From contig JANLPZ010000142.1 in the NCBI GenBank assembly GCA_031367535.1, positions 8,798 to 72,797 on the forward strand: a stretch of DNA of 64,000 nt, written 5' to 3'. The number at the start of each line of letters is the position of its first letter. Positions within the stretch are counted from its first letter, which is position 1. Positions 30,037-39,072 of the stretch are shown here, piece by piece. The DNA comes from Gemmatimonadaceae bacterium (GTDB lineage: Bacteria > Gemmatimonadota > Gemmatimonadetes > Gemmatimonadales > Gemmatimonadaceae). The notes under the pieces are model-generated. The model made no database searches. It was given only the letters and a program-made list of their open reading frames with translations, and had not been told where the DNA came from. The position numbers and the translations under genes were made by a program.

Positions 30037-31254
30037 ATGCCATTCGGCAGTATTGCGCAAGCCATTGAAGATCTGAAGCAGGGCAAGGTCATCGTCGTCG
30101 CGGATGATGAGGATCGCGAAAACGAGGGAGATCTGATCTGCGCGGCGGAGATGATCACGCCAGAAGTGATCAACTTCATGCTGAAGGCGAAAGGCATGAT
30201 CTGCCTCGCCCTGACCCCGGAACGTGTCGCCGCCCTTGAACTCGGCCCGCAGGGCAAGGAAAACACCGACGCGTTCCGCACCGCGTTCACGGTCAGCATC
30301 GATGCCGACGAACGCTTCGGCGTCACGACAGGCATCAGTGCCAAGGATCGCGCGCAGACGATTCGTGTCGCGGTCGATCCGCGCACGCAGCCGTCAGACC
30401 TGCGGCGCCCCGGGCACATCCATCCGCTGCGCGCGCGCGAAGGTGGAGTGCTCAAGCGCGTCGGGCACACCGAAGCCGCCGTCGATCTGGCGCGGTTGGC
30501 CGGGCTCACGCCAGCCGGTGTCATCTGCGAAATCCTCAACGATGATGGCACGACCGCGAAGCGTGATCAGCTCGACGCGTTCGCCACCACGCATGGGCTG
30601 ACGTTCATCACCGTCGCGCAACTTGTCGCACATCGGTTGCAGACTGAACGCCTCGTGCATCGCGTCGCCACCGCGCGACTGCCCACCGAGTATGGTGAAT
30701 TCCGCATCGTCGGGTTCAGGAATGAGCTCGACACCGCCGAACATGTCGCGCTCGTCTATGGCGACATCACCAGCGGCGAGGATGTACTCGTCCGCATGCA
30801 CTCCAAGTGTCTCACTGGCGACACATTTCATTCCCTGCGCTGCGATTGCGGATGGCAGCTCGAGACCACGATGGAGATGGTCGTGCACGAAGGACGCGGC
30901 GTGATCGTGTATCTCGATCAGGAAGGGCGGGGCATCGGACTGCTCAACAAGCTGCGTGCCTATGAGTTGCAGGACGCCGGTGCGGATACTGTCGAAGCGA
31001 ACGAGCGTCTGGGCTTCGGTCCCGACCTGCGCAACTATGGTGTCGGTGCACAGATTCTCCTCGACCTCGGTCTCAAGTCGATCCGGGTCATCACGAACAA
31101 TCCGAAGAAAATCGTCGGACTCGAAGGGTACGGATTGCGCGTGGCGGGCAAGGTCAGTCTCGAAGCGCCGCTCAACAGCGAGAACGCGAACTACCTGAAC
31201 GTGAAGCGCTCCAAGCTCGGACATCTGCCATTCACTGCAACACCCAATGCCTGA
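30037..31254 (+). CDS. ribBA: Bifunctional 3,4-dihydroxy-2-butanone-4-phosphate synthase / GTP cyclohydrolase II
   Basis: DDEDRENEGDL (DHBP synthase). HSKCLTGD...CDCG zinc site (GCH II). ATG 30037 chosen over the track start at 29839. Confidence 0.9.
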   Translation: MPFGSIAQAIEDLKQGKVIVVADDEDRENEGDLICAAEMITPEVINFMLKAKGMICLALTPERVAALELGPQGKENTDAFRTAFTVSIDADERFGVTTGISAKDRAQTIRVAVDPRTQPSDLRRPGHIHPLRAREGGVLKRVGHTEAAVDLARLAGLTPAGVICEILNDDGTTAKRDQLDAFATTHGLTFITVAQLVAHRLQTERLVHRVATARLPTEYGEFRIVGFRNELDTAEHVALVYGDITSGEDVLVRMHSKCLTGDTFHSLRCDCGWQLETTMEMVVHEGRGVIVYLDQEGRGIGLLNKLRAYELQDAGADTVEANERLGFGPDLRNYGVGAQILLDLGLKSIRVITNNPKKIVGLEGYGLRVAGKVSLEAPLNSENANYLNVKRSKLGHLPFTATPNA

Positions 31255-31750
31255 GTTCATCGGATCACCGGACGGGACGGGCCGCCGTGTCGCCGTCATC
31301 GTCAGTCGCTTCAACGAAACCGTGACGCAGGCACTCGGTGAAGGTGCCGTTGCAACACTCGTCGAGTGTGGCGTGACGTTCGCCGACATCGATGTGGTGG
31401 TCGTGCCGGGCGCGTGGGAATTACCGACAGCTGCGCGCGCATTGCTCGGCACGGGGCGATACGACTGCCTCGTGGTTGTCGGCGCCATCGTGCGCGGGGG
31501 CACGCCGCATTTCGAGTTCGTTGCCGGCGAAACCTCGCGCGCAATCATGCATCTTGGCACGGAGTTCGAAGTCCCGATCGGATTTGGCCTCCTCACGACG
31601 GATACCATGGCGCAGGCTGAAGCGCGCGCCGGCGGTGAATACGGCAACAAGGGCCGTGACGCCGCACTTGCTGCGCTCGAAATGGCCGACCTGCTGGCGC
31701 GCCTGGACACCATCGATGAGGGGGAACGCGATGGCGAAGCCGAGGCTTGA
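31247..31750 (+). CDS. ribH: 6,7-dimethyl-8-ribityllumazine synthase
   Basis: VVPGAWELP and GTPHFEFV motifs, 167 aa. Confidence 0.9.
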   Translation: MPEFIGSPDGTGRRVAVIVSRFNETVTQALGEGAVATLVECGVTFADIDVVVVPGAWELPTAARALLGTGRYDCLVVVGAIVRGGTPHFEFVAGETSRAIMHLGTEFEVPIGFGLLTTDTMAQAEARAGGEYGNKGRDAALAALEMADLLARLDTIDEGERDGEAEA

Positions 31751-32153
31751 AACCCGTGCGCGCTCGCGCGCGCTGCAGGCCGTGTATGCGTGGGATGTGC
31801 GCGGCCGTACCGACGCGTTGACGACCGTCGCGCGCACGGTGTGGGACGACATCGGAATTCCACGCGATGAACGCATGTTCGCGTCGCTGATCGTGGCTGC
31901 CGTCGAAAAGGATCTCGGCCCGATCGATCTCGACCTCGAAGCGATCACGACGAACTGGCGCCTCGACCGACTGGGTGCAATCGAGCGCTGTGTGCTGCGT
32001 ATCGCCGCGGCGGAACTGCGGCAGATGGATACGCCGGCGAAGGTGGTGCTGCAGGAGGCGGTGCGGCTCGCCGAACGGTTCGGCTCCGAGCAGAGCGCAA
32101 AGTTCGTCAACGGCGTGCTCGATGCGCTGGCGCGACGACTCGACAAGCTCTGA
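31731..32153 (+). CDS. nusB: Transcription antitermination factor NusB
   Basis: ARSRALQAVYAWD and ERFGSEQSAKFVNGVLD motifs. Classical ribH-nusB order. Internal ATG chosen. Confidence 0.85.
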   Translation: MAKPRLETRARSRALQAVYAWDVRGRTDALTTVARTVWDDIGIPRDERMFASLIVAAVEKDLGPIDLDLEAITTNWRLDRLGAIERCVLRIAAAELRQMDTPAKVVLQEAVRLAERFGSEQSAKFVNGVLDALARRLDKL

Positions 32154-32156
32154 TCC

Positions 32157-33308
32157 GTGCGCCTGCTCGTCATCAACTGGCTCGATCGGGAGAATCCGCA
32201 GTCGGGTGGCGCGGAGACACACCTGCACGAGATCTATGGCCGGCTCGCACAGCGCGGCCATGACGTCACGCTGCTCTGCAGCGGGTGGCCTGGATGCGCG
32301 CCCGAGACGATGCTCGACGGCATCCACGTGCGTCGTGTCGGTGGCCGCTGGGATTTCGCGCTGCACGTCATCGGCGCCTATCGCCGACTGCACCGGACCG
32401 CGCCGTTCGACATCGTGGTCGAGGACATCAACAAGCTGCCACTCTTCACGCCGCTGTGGGTGAAGGAACCAGTGGTCGTGGTCGTCCCGCACCTCTTTGG
32501 CTGGACGGCCTTTCGCGAGGCGGGATGGGCCGTGGCCAGCACCGTGGTGGCAGCCGAGCGTGCGATCCCGATCGTGTATCGGCGCTGTGACTTCACGGCG
32601 ATCAGCGAGAGCACCAGAAGCGATCTGCTGGCCCGCGGTGTGCCAGTAGAGAAGACCGGGGTGATCTATTGCGGGATCGACAGTCAGGCGTTTACGCCGG
32701 CGGCTGACCAGCGCTCGGCGACCCCGACCATCGCCTACGTGGGGAGGCTCCGACGATACAAGCGTGTCGAGCTCATCCTGGAAGCGGTGGCGCGAATGGA
32801 GAACCGCGGGGTAGAAGTGGAGATTGCTGGAACAGGGGAGGATCGTCCCCGCCTTGAGGCGCTCGCGACGTCGCTTGACCTCGGACGACGCGTGCGGTTT
32901 CTTGGATTCGTGAGTGAGGCGGAGAAGTCCGCCCTGCTCCGACGAGCGTGGATCGTGAGTCTGACCTCCCCGAAGGAGGGGTGGGGCATCACGAACCTGG
33001 AGGCGGCGGCGTGCGGGACGCCAGTGGTGGCGTCCGACTCCCCGGGCCTGCGCGAATCAGTGCTGGATGGACGGACCGGATTCCTCGTGACGCATGGCGA
33101 TGTCAGTGCTCTCGCTGCTGCCTACGATCGAATCGTCGCCGATCCGGCATTGGTCACCCGACTCGGGACGGCCGGACGAGCTTTCGCTGAGTCCTTCACC
33201 TGGGAGTCCGCTGCCGATCACACCGAGGCGCATCTGTACCAACGGCTGCGCAAAGGAGGACACACTGGTGGAGATCATTTTTCACGCGCACCACGCAACA
33301 ATTCCTGA
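32157..33308 (+). CDS. Glycosyltransferase, GT4 (GT-B) family
   Basis: N-terminal GGAETH motif. C-terminal EGWGITNLEAAACGTPVVAS (E-x7-E region). Confidence 0.8.
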   Translation: MRLLVINWLDRENPQSGGAETHLHEIYGRLAQRGHDVTLLCSGWPGCAPETMLDGIHVRRVGGRWDFALHVIGAYRRLHRTAPFDIVVEDINKLPLFTPLWVKEPVVVVVPHLFGWTAFREAGWAVASTVVAAERAIPIVYRRCDFTAISESTRSDLLARGVPVEKTGVIYCGIDSQAFTPAADQRSATPTIAYVGRLRRYKRVELILEAVARMENRGVEVEIAGTGEDRPRLEALATSLDLGRRVRFLGFVSEAEKSALLRRAWIVSLTSPKEGWGITNLEAAACGTPVVASDSPGLRESVLDGRTGFLVTHGDVSALAAAYDRIVADPALVTRLGTAGRAFAESFTWESAADHTEAHLYQRLRKGGHTGGDHFSRAPRNNS

Positions 33309-33588
33309 GCCCCTCAAGGGACGCGCCGAACGCGCTGTCCTGAAGTTCGGGCGCCGTCTGCAGCGGGCCGTTGACGCTGTCGTGCGATTCGAGGACGATG
33401 GCCCGACGCGACGCGTCGAGATCGTGCTTCACGCACCGAAACAGCGAAACCTTGTCGCGGAAGGCCGCGCGCGGTCCTATTCCACAGCGCTCACTGACGC
33501 CCTCTCCCGGCTGCAAGCGCAAATCCCGAAGAAGAATCCCATGCGCACGCGCGTGCGGGTCGCCGCCCTGGCGACGCGGAGCGCGTGA
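33268..33588 (+). CDS. hpf: Ribosome hibernation-promoting factor / sigma54-modulation protein family (short form)
   Basis: (V)EIIFHAHHATIPEPLKGRAERAVLKF matches the YfiA/HPF N-terminus. Strong SD AAAGGAGGA sits 8 nt upstream of GTG 33268. The start lies 41 nt inside the end of the GT gene. Confidence 0.75.
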   Translation: MEIIFHAHHATIPEPLKGRAERAVLKFGRRLQRAVDAVVRFEDDGPTRRVEIVLHAPKQRNLVAEGRARSYSTALTDALSRLQAQIPKKNPMRTRVRVAALATRSA

Positions 33589-34595
33589 CGACAACTCTTT
33601 CGGTCGGCCGGCTCTTCGAGCGGCTGAAGGACATCCTGGAACTGGAACCAATCGGTGAGGCCTACGGCCTCGACCGGCCTGTGACGAGCCCGGAGGTTTC
33701 AAGCCCCGGGCTCGTTCTGGCTGGATACACCGAGCGTTTCGTCCCCGATCGCTGTCAGATCGTCGGCGAAACGGAAATCACCTATATCAGCTCGCTGGAA
33801 CAGGCGCGCCGGATCGACGTGCTGCGTGAGTTCTTCCGGCTCCCCTTTCCGTGCTGCTTCATCACGAAAGGGCTGACGCTCAGCGAGGAGTTTCTGCGGG
33901 AAGCGTCGGACGCCGGCATGCCGTTGTTCCGCTCTCCGCTCAAGACCAACGAGTTCTATCGCCGCATCAAACCGGCGATGGAGGAAGAGTTCGCGCCGCG
34001 CACGACGCTGCATGGTTCGCTGGCGGACGTCTACGGTGTCGGCTTGCTGCTCGTCGGTCAGAGTGGCATCGGGAAATCGGAATGTGTCCTCGACCTCGTC
34101 GAACGCGGCCATCGCATGGTGGCCGACGACATGGTGATCGTGCTCAAGCGCGGCAACGACATCCTGATCGGCAAGGGCCATGAGTTGCAGCGCCATCACA
34201 TGGAAATCCGTGGCGTCGGGCTGGTGGACATTCCGGCGTTGTTCGGCATCCGAGCCGTGCGGCAGCAGAAGCGCATCGAAGTCGCCGTCGAGCTGGAACT
34301 CTGGCGCGGTGACGCACATCTCGATCGCACGGGCCTCGACCTCGAGACAACCGATATTCTCGGTGTGCCGATTCCACGCATCCGGGTGCCGCTCAATCCG
34401 GGTAAGAACATCACCGTGATCCTCGAAGTGCTGGCGATGAACCATCTTCTGCGCTACGCTGGCGTCAATCCGGCCGAGCAGTTCAACGAACGGCTGATTG
34501 CACGCATGCGGAATGCGACCGAGGCGCGCAACAACAGCAGCAACATCACGCGCGACGTCGAAGTGCGACGATATCTGCAGGAAGACAACGAATGA
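33585..34595 (+). CDS. hprK: HPr kinase/phosphorylase
   Basis: P-loop GQSGIGKSE, then GHRMVADD and the HMEIRGVG signature. Confidence 0.9.
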   Translation: MTTTLSVGRLFERLKDILELEPIGEAYGLDRPVTSPEVSSPGLVLAGYTERFVPDRCQIVGETEITYISSLEQARRIDVLREFFRLPFPCCFITKGLTLSEEFLREASDAGMPLFRSPLKTNEFYRRIKPAMEEEFAPRTTLHGSLADVYGVGLLLVGQSGIGKSECVLDLVERGHRMVADDMVIVLKRGNDILIGKGHELQRHHMEIRGVGLVDIPALFGIRAVRQQKRIEVAVELELWRGDAHLDRTGLDLETTDILGVPIPRIRVPLNPGKNITVILEVLAMNHLLRYAGVNPAEQFNERLIARMRNATEARNNSSNITRDVEVRRYLQEDNE

Positions 34596-34993
34596 GTGAC
34601 AGTGTCGCGCGACCGCAGGCTCTCGTCATCGGCCACAAGGATTTCGCGATCGGTATCGTGTCGGCCGTCACCGCCATCACGGGGCGCGACGACGTGTTTC
34701 GCACGGCCAGCAACTACGGACTGGATACCCGCGCAATGGAAGCCATCGTTCGCGATGCGATTGCCGATGGTGTGACGATGATCTTCTCCGATCTTCCGGC
34801 CGGATCGACGACGATGGCCGCGCGCCGCGCGCAGCGTGATTTTCCGGAGGTGACGGTCGTGACGGGCGTCAACCTTCCGGCTCTGCTGGACTACGCCTTC
34901 GCGGCGCCCGACGCCGCCCGCGCTGCCGACGCCGCAGTGGAAAAGGGGCGCGCCGCAATGATGGTTGCACGAGGAATTGTCCGTGCCGATTGA
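34592..34993 (+). CDS. PTS mannose/fructose/sorbose-family EIIA component
   Basis: N-terminal LVIGHKDFAIG (phospho-His region), about 130 aa, operon context. Confidence 0.75.
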   Translation: MSDSVARPQALVIGHKDFAIGIVSAVTAITGRDDVFRTASNYGLDTRAMEAIVRDAIADGVTMIFSDLPAGSTTMAARRAQRDFPEVTVVTGVNLPALLDYAFAAPDAARAADAAVEKGRAAMMVARGIVRAD

Positions 34994-35474
34994 ATTGCAT
35001 CGCATCGATGATCGCCTGATCCACGGGCAAGTCGTCGTCGGCTGGGGACAGCCGCTCGAGTTGCGCTTCCTTGTGCTGGTGGATGACGAAGTCGCCGCCA
35101 GCGAATGGGAACAGGAGCTCTATCGCATGGGCGTGCCGCCCGATATGCGCGTGGAATTCGTGTCGGTGGCGCAGGCGGTTGAACGGTACGCGAAGTTCGC
35201 GGCCGATCCCAAACCGGGCATGCTCCTCACCGGCGACATCGACACGATGGCGCGACTCTGCGCAGCGATTCCTGCACTGCGGCGTGTGAACCTCGGCGGC
35301 GTGCATCATCGCGCCGGACGTGCGCAGAAGCTGCGCTACATCTTCCTCACCGGCGCTGAAGAAGCCGAGCTGCGCGCGATGGCCGCCAGTGGTGTCGAGA
35401 TTTCGGCGCAGGATCTGCCGGCGGCCCGCGTCATACCGCTCGACAGTATTCTCACGGGTGAGGCGATTGCGTGA
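34983..35474 (+). CDS. PTS mannose/sorbose-family EIIB component
   Basis: RIDDRLIHGQV signature with the phospho-His. GTG 34983 preferred over ATG 34965. Confidence 0.8.
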   Translation: MPIELHRIDDRLIHGQVVVGWGQPLELRFLVLVDDEVAASEWEQELYRMGVPPDMRVEFVSVAQAVERYAKFAADPKPGMLLTGDIDTMARLCAAIPALRRVNLGGVHHRAGRAQKLRYIFLTGAEEAELRAMAASGVEISAQDLPAARVIPLDSILTGEAIA

Positions 35475-36163
35475 TCGTCGATGTGTTGGTGCTCGGCATG
35501 CTGGGTGCAATCCTCGGTCTCGATATCGTGAGCTTTCCGCAGGCGCAGATCTCGCGCCCGATCGTGTCGGCCACGCTCGGTGGTGCGTTCATGGGCAACG
35601 CTGGCGTTGGGATGTTGTGCGGCGTGCTGCTCGAACTGTTCGCGCATGAAACGCTGCCGTTCGGAGCGTCGCGCTATCCGGAGTGGGGGTCGTCATCGCC
35701 GGTCGCTGGTGCGGCGGCCGCGGCCGGAGCAGCGGTGGGCAACGTGCCGATGGCGTTGTTGTTCGCTGTGCCGTTCGGACTCCTCACGGCGAGCATCGGC
35801 GGATGGTCGATGGTGCAATTGCGGCAACTCAACGCGCGGATGGCACGCAAGCGACTCGACGCGCTCGCGCGTGGATCTGCGCGCACGGTGGCCGGACTGC
35901 AGGTTGCCGGTGGCACAGCCGATCTGGCGCGCTCCGCCATGATCTCGCTCATCGCGGCCAGTGTTGCACTGCCGACGGTGCGATGGATTGCGGTTCAACC
36001 GACGCCACTCGCGCCGTATGCGGTGCCGATGCTCGCGTCACTCGGCGGAGCCGTCGCTGCGGGTGCGGCGTGGAAGATGTTTCATTCGACGTCCGGCACA
36101 CGCTGGTTCGGACTCGTCGGCCTGATCATCGGGACGGTCCTTGTGATCGTGATGGCCCGATGA
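35471..36163 (+). CDS. PTS mannose/sorbose-family EIIC component
   Basis: 230 aa polytopic membrane protein in the canonical B-C-D order. N-terminal LGMLGAILGLD is typical of EII-Sor. Confidence 0.7.
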   Translation: MIVDVLVLGMLGAILGLDIVSFPQAQISRPIVSATLGGAFMGNAGVGMLCGVLLELFAHETLPFGASRYPEWGSSSPVAGAAAAAGAAVGNVPMALLFAVPFGLLTASIGGWSMVQLRQLNARMARKRLDALARGSARTVAGLQVAGGTADLARSAMISLIAASVALPTVRWIAVQPTPLAPYAVPMLASLGGAVAAGAAWKMFHSTSGTRWFGLVGLIIGTVLVIVMAR

Positions 36164-36972
36164 CCGCCGGCGCCGTGCCGCCGTCCGCGCCGATGTCGGC
36201 GACCACGATCAGCGATGCCTCGCTGCCGTTCGCGACGCGCCTCACGATCGTCACGCGCTTGTTCGCGATCCAGGCGTCGTGGAACTACGAGATCATGATC
36301 GGTAACGGCATCGGCTTCTGTGTGGAACCAGCGCTGCGGCTGTTGCCCGGTGGCAAAGGTGGCGAGGCATATCGCGAGGCGCTCGCGCGACAGAGCCGGT
36401 ATTTCAACGCACATCCGTATCTCTCGAGTTTTGCCGTCGGTGCACTGGCGCGTGCAGAGCTCGAGCAGCAGCCTCCCGCGCGTATCGAACGATTCCGCAC
36501 GGCATTGTGTCCGCCGCTTGGCAGTGTCGGTGATCGACTGGTGTGGGTTGGCCTGCTACCGAACTGTTCATTTGCATCACTGTTCCTGTTCGGCATCGGT
36601 GCATCGCCACTCGTGTGCGTGCTCGTGTTCCTTCTGTTGTACAATGCGGGGCACGTGGCGCTGCGGCTCTGGGGCTTGCAGATGGGCTGGGAAAAGGGGC
36701 TCGCCGTCGCGTCGGCGCTTGCGCATCCGATCCTGCGCGAGGGACCGGTGTGGCTGGCGCGCAGCGGAACGCTCCTCGCCGGGGCTGCCGTACCACTGAC
36801 GGTGATGCGACTTGTCGATGGCGGCGGGTTGCCGCGCACGGGCATCACGCTCCTGACTGCCGCAGCGGGTGCCGGTGCGCTGGTGTGGTTCCATGGTCGC
36901 GTCGAAGGATGGCGACTCGCTTTGCTCGCCGGGTTTGCCGCGCTTGTCCTCTTCCTTCTCCGTCATGCCTGA
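36160..36972 (+). CDS. PTS mannose/sorbose-family EIID component
   Basis: FAIQASWNYEIMIGNGIGFC and YFNAHPY resemble the EIID-AGA N-terminal signature. ATGA overlap with EIIC. Confidence 0.75.
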   Translation: MTAGAVPPSAPMSATTISDASLPFATRLTIVTRLFAIQASWNYEIMIGNGIGFCVEPALRLLPGGKGGEAYREALARQSRYFNAHPYLSSFAVGALARAELEQQPPARIERFRTALCPPLGSVGDRLVWVGLLPNCSFASLFLFGIGASPLVCVLVFLLLYNAGHVALRLWGLQMGWEKGLAVASALAHPILREGPVWLARSGTLLAGAAVPLTVMRLVDGGGLPRTGITLLTAAAGAGALVWFHGRVEGWRLALLAGFAALVLFLLRHA

Positions 36973-37231
36973 GCGCACTGTCGAAATCCTGAACCGCAAC
37001 GGGCTGCACGCGCGCCCTGCCGCTGAAGTCGTCAAGACGGCAGCGCGCTTTCAGGCGGCCATCACCATCGTGCGTGACGATGTCGAGGTGAACGGCAAGA
37101 GCATCATGGGCGTGATGATGCTGGCCGCGGAATGTGGCGCTGCAATCACGATCCGTGCCGATGGACCGGACGCGGACGCCGCGCTCGACGCACTCGCGAC
37201 ACTCGTCGCGGGTCGGTTCGGAGAGCACTGA
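36965..37231 (+). CDS. ptsH: Phosphocarrier protein HPr
   Basis: His15 in NGLHARPA and Ser46 in GKSIMGVM, counted directly. 88 aa. Confidence 0.9.
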   Translation: MPERTVEILNRNGLHARPAAEVVKTAARFQAAITIVRDDVEVNGKSIMGVMMLAAECGAAITIRADGPDADAALDALATLVAGRFGEH

Positions 37232-39030
37232 TGGAGCGAATGTTGCGCGGACTCCCGGCATCGCCGGGCATCGTTGCCGGCCCGGTGCATCTGCTGCGCT
37301 GGGAAGTGCCCGATGTGCCGCCGCGCACCGTGACGGAAGCAGAAATCCCGAATGAGCTGACGCGTTTTCACGAAGCCGTCGCACGTGCGCAGGATCGTCT
37401 GCGACACGTGCGCGATCGCGCGGCACATCAGGCCGGCCCCGAAGAGGCGATGATCTTCGAAGTGCAGATCTCGATGCTCGATGATCGTGCGCTGAACTCG
37501 GAGGTCGAAGGATTCATCCGTGAACGTCGCGCCGCGGAACATGCGTTCGATCTGGTGATGCTCGAATGGCGTCGGCGCTTTGGTCGCGCTTCGGCACCCA
37601 TGCTGCGCGAACGCGTCGGCGACCTGATGGATCTGCACATCCGCGTGCTCGGCATTCTGCTCGCGCTGCCGGACAGCGACCCGGTCGATCTGCCGAAGGG
37701 CAGCAACGCGATTCTCGTCACGCACGACCTGACGCCATCGCTCACCGTGCAGCTCGATCGCGATGCCATCGCAGCGATTGCGACCGACGAAGGCACGAGC
37801 ACGAGTCACGTCGCGATTCTCGCGCGCTCGCTGGGCCTGCCGGCCGTGGTGGGCCTGCGCGACGCGACGACACGTCTGCGCGGCAGCGAACGTGTGGTGC
37901 TCGATGGCACGACCGGTGTGCTCGTCGTCAATCCGACCGACGAGGAAATCGCGCAAGCGAAGTTGCGCGCCGAGCAAGCGGCGATTCTCGAGGAGAGCCT
38001 GCGGTCTCAGGCGGGTGTCGCCGCGCAGCTGCGCGGTGGCGAGCGCATTTTTCTGCGCGCCAACGTCGACATTCCTGAAGAATCAGAAATCGCGGCCGAA
38101 AGCGGCGCCGATGGTGTTGGCCTGATGCGCACGGAGTTCGTGGTGCTCGGTCGCACGTCGATGCCCGACGAAGACGAACAGTATCGCGCCTACCGTCGCG
38201 TCGTCGATGCGTTTGCCGGCAAGCCGGTCGTGATTCGCACCTTCGACATCGGTGGCGATAAACTGCCGGTCGGTGGATTTCCCAGCGAGCCGAATCCGTT
38301 TCTTGGCTGGCGCGCCATCCGCATGTGTCTCGACCAGCCGGACCTGTTTCTGGTGCAGCTGCGCGCGCTGCTCCGCGCAGCCGCGCATGGGGACGTACGG
38401 ATCCTGCTCCCACTGGTCGTCAGCGTCGACGAAGTCCGGCGCACACGCGCACTGATCGCAGAGGCGGCCCGCACGCTCAACGAACGCGGGGCGGTGTTCC
38501 GTGATCGTGTGCAGGTTGGTGTGATGATCGAGACGCCGGCCGCCGCCGTCGCCGCAGACACCTTCGTCAACGATGCGGATTTTTTCAGCATCGGCACGAA
38601 CGATCTGGTGCAGTACACGCTCGCCGTCGACCGCGGCAACGTGAACCTCGCGGCGCGCTTCACGCCGCTGCACCCAGCGGTGCTGCGCCTGATCCAGCTG
38701 ACCGTGGAAGCGGGGAAGAAGCGTGGGCTCGAAGTTGCCGTGTGCGGTGAGATGGGTTCGCAGCCCCTGACGGCGTTCGTGCTGGTCGGCCTCGGCATTC
38801 GGCACCTGAGCGTCGCGCCGCGTGCGGTGGCGCTGATGAAGCGAATGCTGCGGAGCGTGTCGCCGGAGTCCGCGAAGGAAGCGGCGGACGCGGCCCTGGC
38901 CTGTTCGACGGCGGCAGAAGCGGAGCGCATCGTGCGCCGCCTGCTTCAGGCCGCTGCCTTTGATCTGTCACCGGCCGAGCTTGGGTTGCTCGGCTCGGAG
39001 ACCGGGGATATTTTGGGATACGCGGTCTGA
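37231..39030 (+). CDS. ptsI: Phosphoenolpyruvate-protein phosphotransferase (Enzyme I)
   Basis: Phospho-His region GTSTSHVAILARSLGLP and PEP-utilizer signature FSIGTNDLVQYTLAVDR. The ATG shares 1 nt with the ptsH stop. Confidence 0.9.
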   Translation: MERMLRGLPASPGIVAGPVHLLRWEVPDVPPRTVTEAEIPNELTRFHEAVARAQDRLRHVRDRAAHQAGPEEAMIFEVQISMLDDRALNSEVEGFIRERRAAEHAFDLVMLEWRRRFGRASAPMLRERVGDLMDLHIRVLGILLALPDSDPVDLPKGSNAILVTHDLTPSLTVQLDRDAIAAIATDEGTSTSHVAILARSLGLPAVVGLRDATTRLRGSERVVLDGTTGVLVVNPTDEEIAQAKLRAEQAAILEESLRSQAGVAAQLRGGERIFLRANVDIPEESEIAAESGADGVGLMRTEFVVLGRTSMPDEDEQYRAYRRVVDAFAGKPVVIRTFDIGGDKLPVGGFPSEPNPFLGWRAIRMCLDQPDLFLVQLRALLRAAAHGDVRILLPLVVSVDEVRRTRALIAEAARTLNERGAVFRDRVQVGVMIETPAAAVAADTFVNDADFFSIGTNDLVQYTLAVDRGNVNLAARFTPLHPAVLRLIQLTVEAGKKRGLEVAVCGEMGSQPLTAFVLVGLGIRHLSVAPRAVALMKRMLRSVSPESAKEAADAALACSTAAEAERIVRRLLQAAAFDLSPAELGLLGSETGDILGYAV

Positions 39031-39072
39031 CATATAAACATTTCCTTATACCTTTCCTTCTCCCCCAGGGCT
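39031..39072 (+). promoter_or_regulatory. AT- and CU-rich island upstream of metK (possible promoter or leader)
   Basis: CATATAAACATTTCCTTATACCTTTCCTTCTCCCCC stands out against the GC-rich surroundings and contains TATAAA/TATACC. It is too short for a riboswitch. Confidence 0.3.

Noticed and set aside
39031-39072. SAM riboswitch upstream of metK; similarly a PyrR-binding attenuator upstream of pyrR (57427-57464)
   Set aside because: The spacers of 42 and 38 nt are too short for those elements, and I saw no conserved core such as ARUCCAGAGAGG for PyrR.
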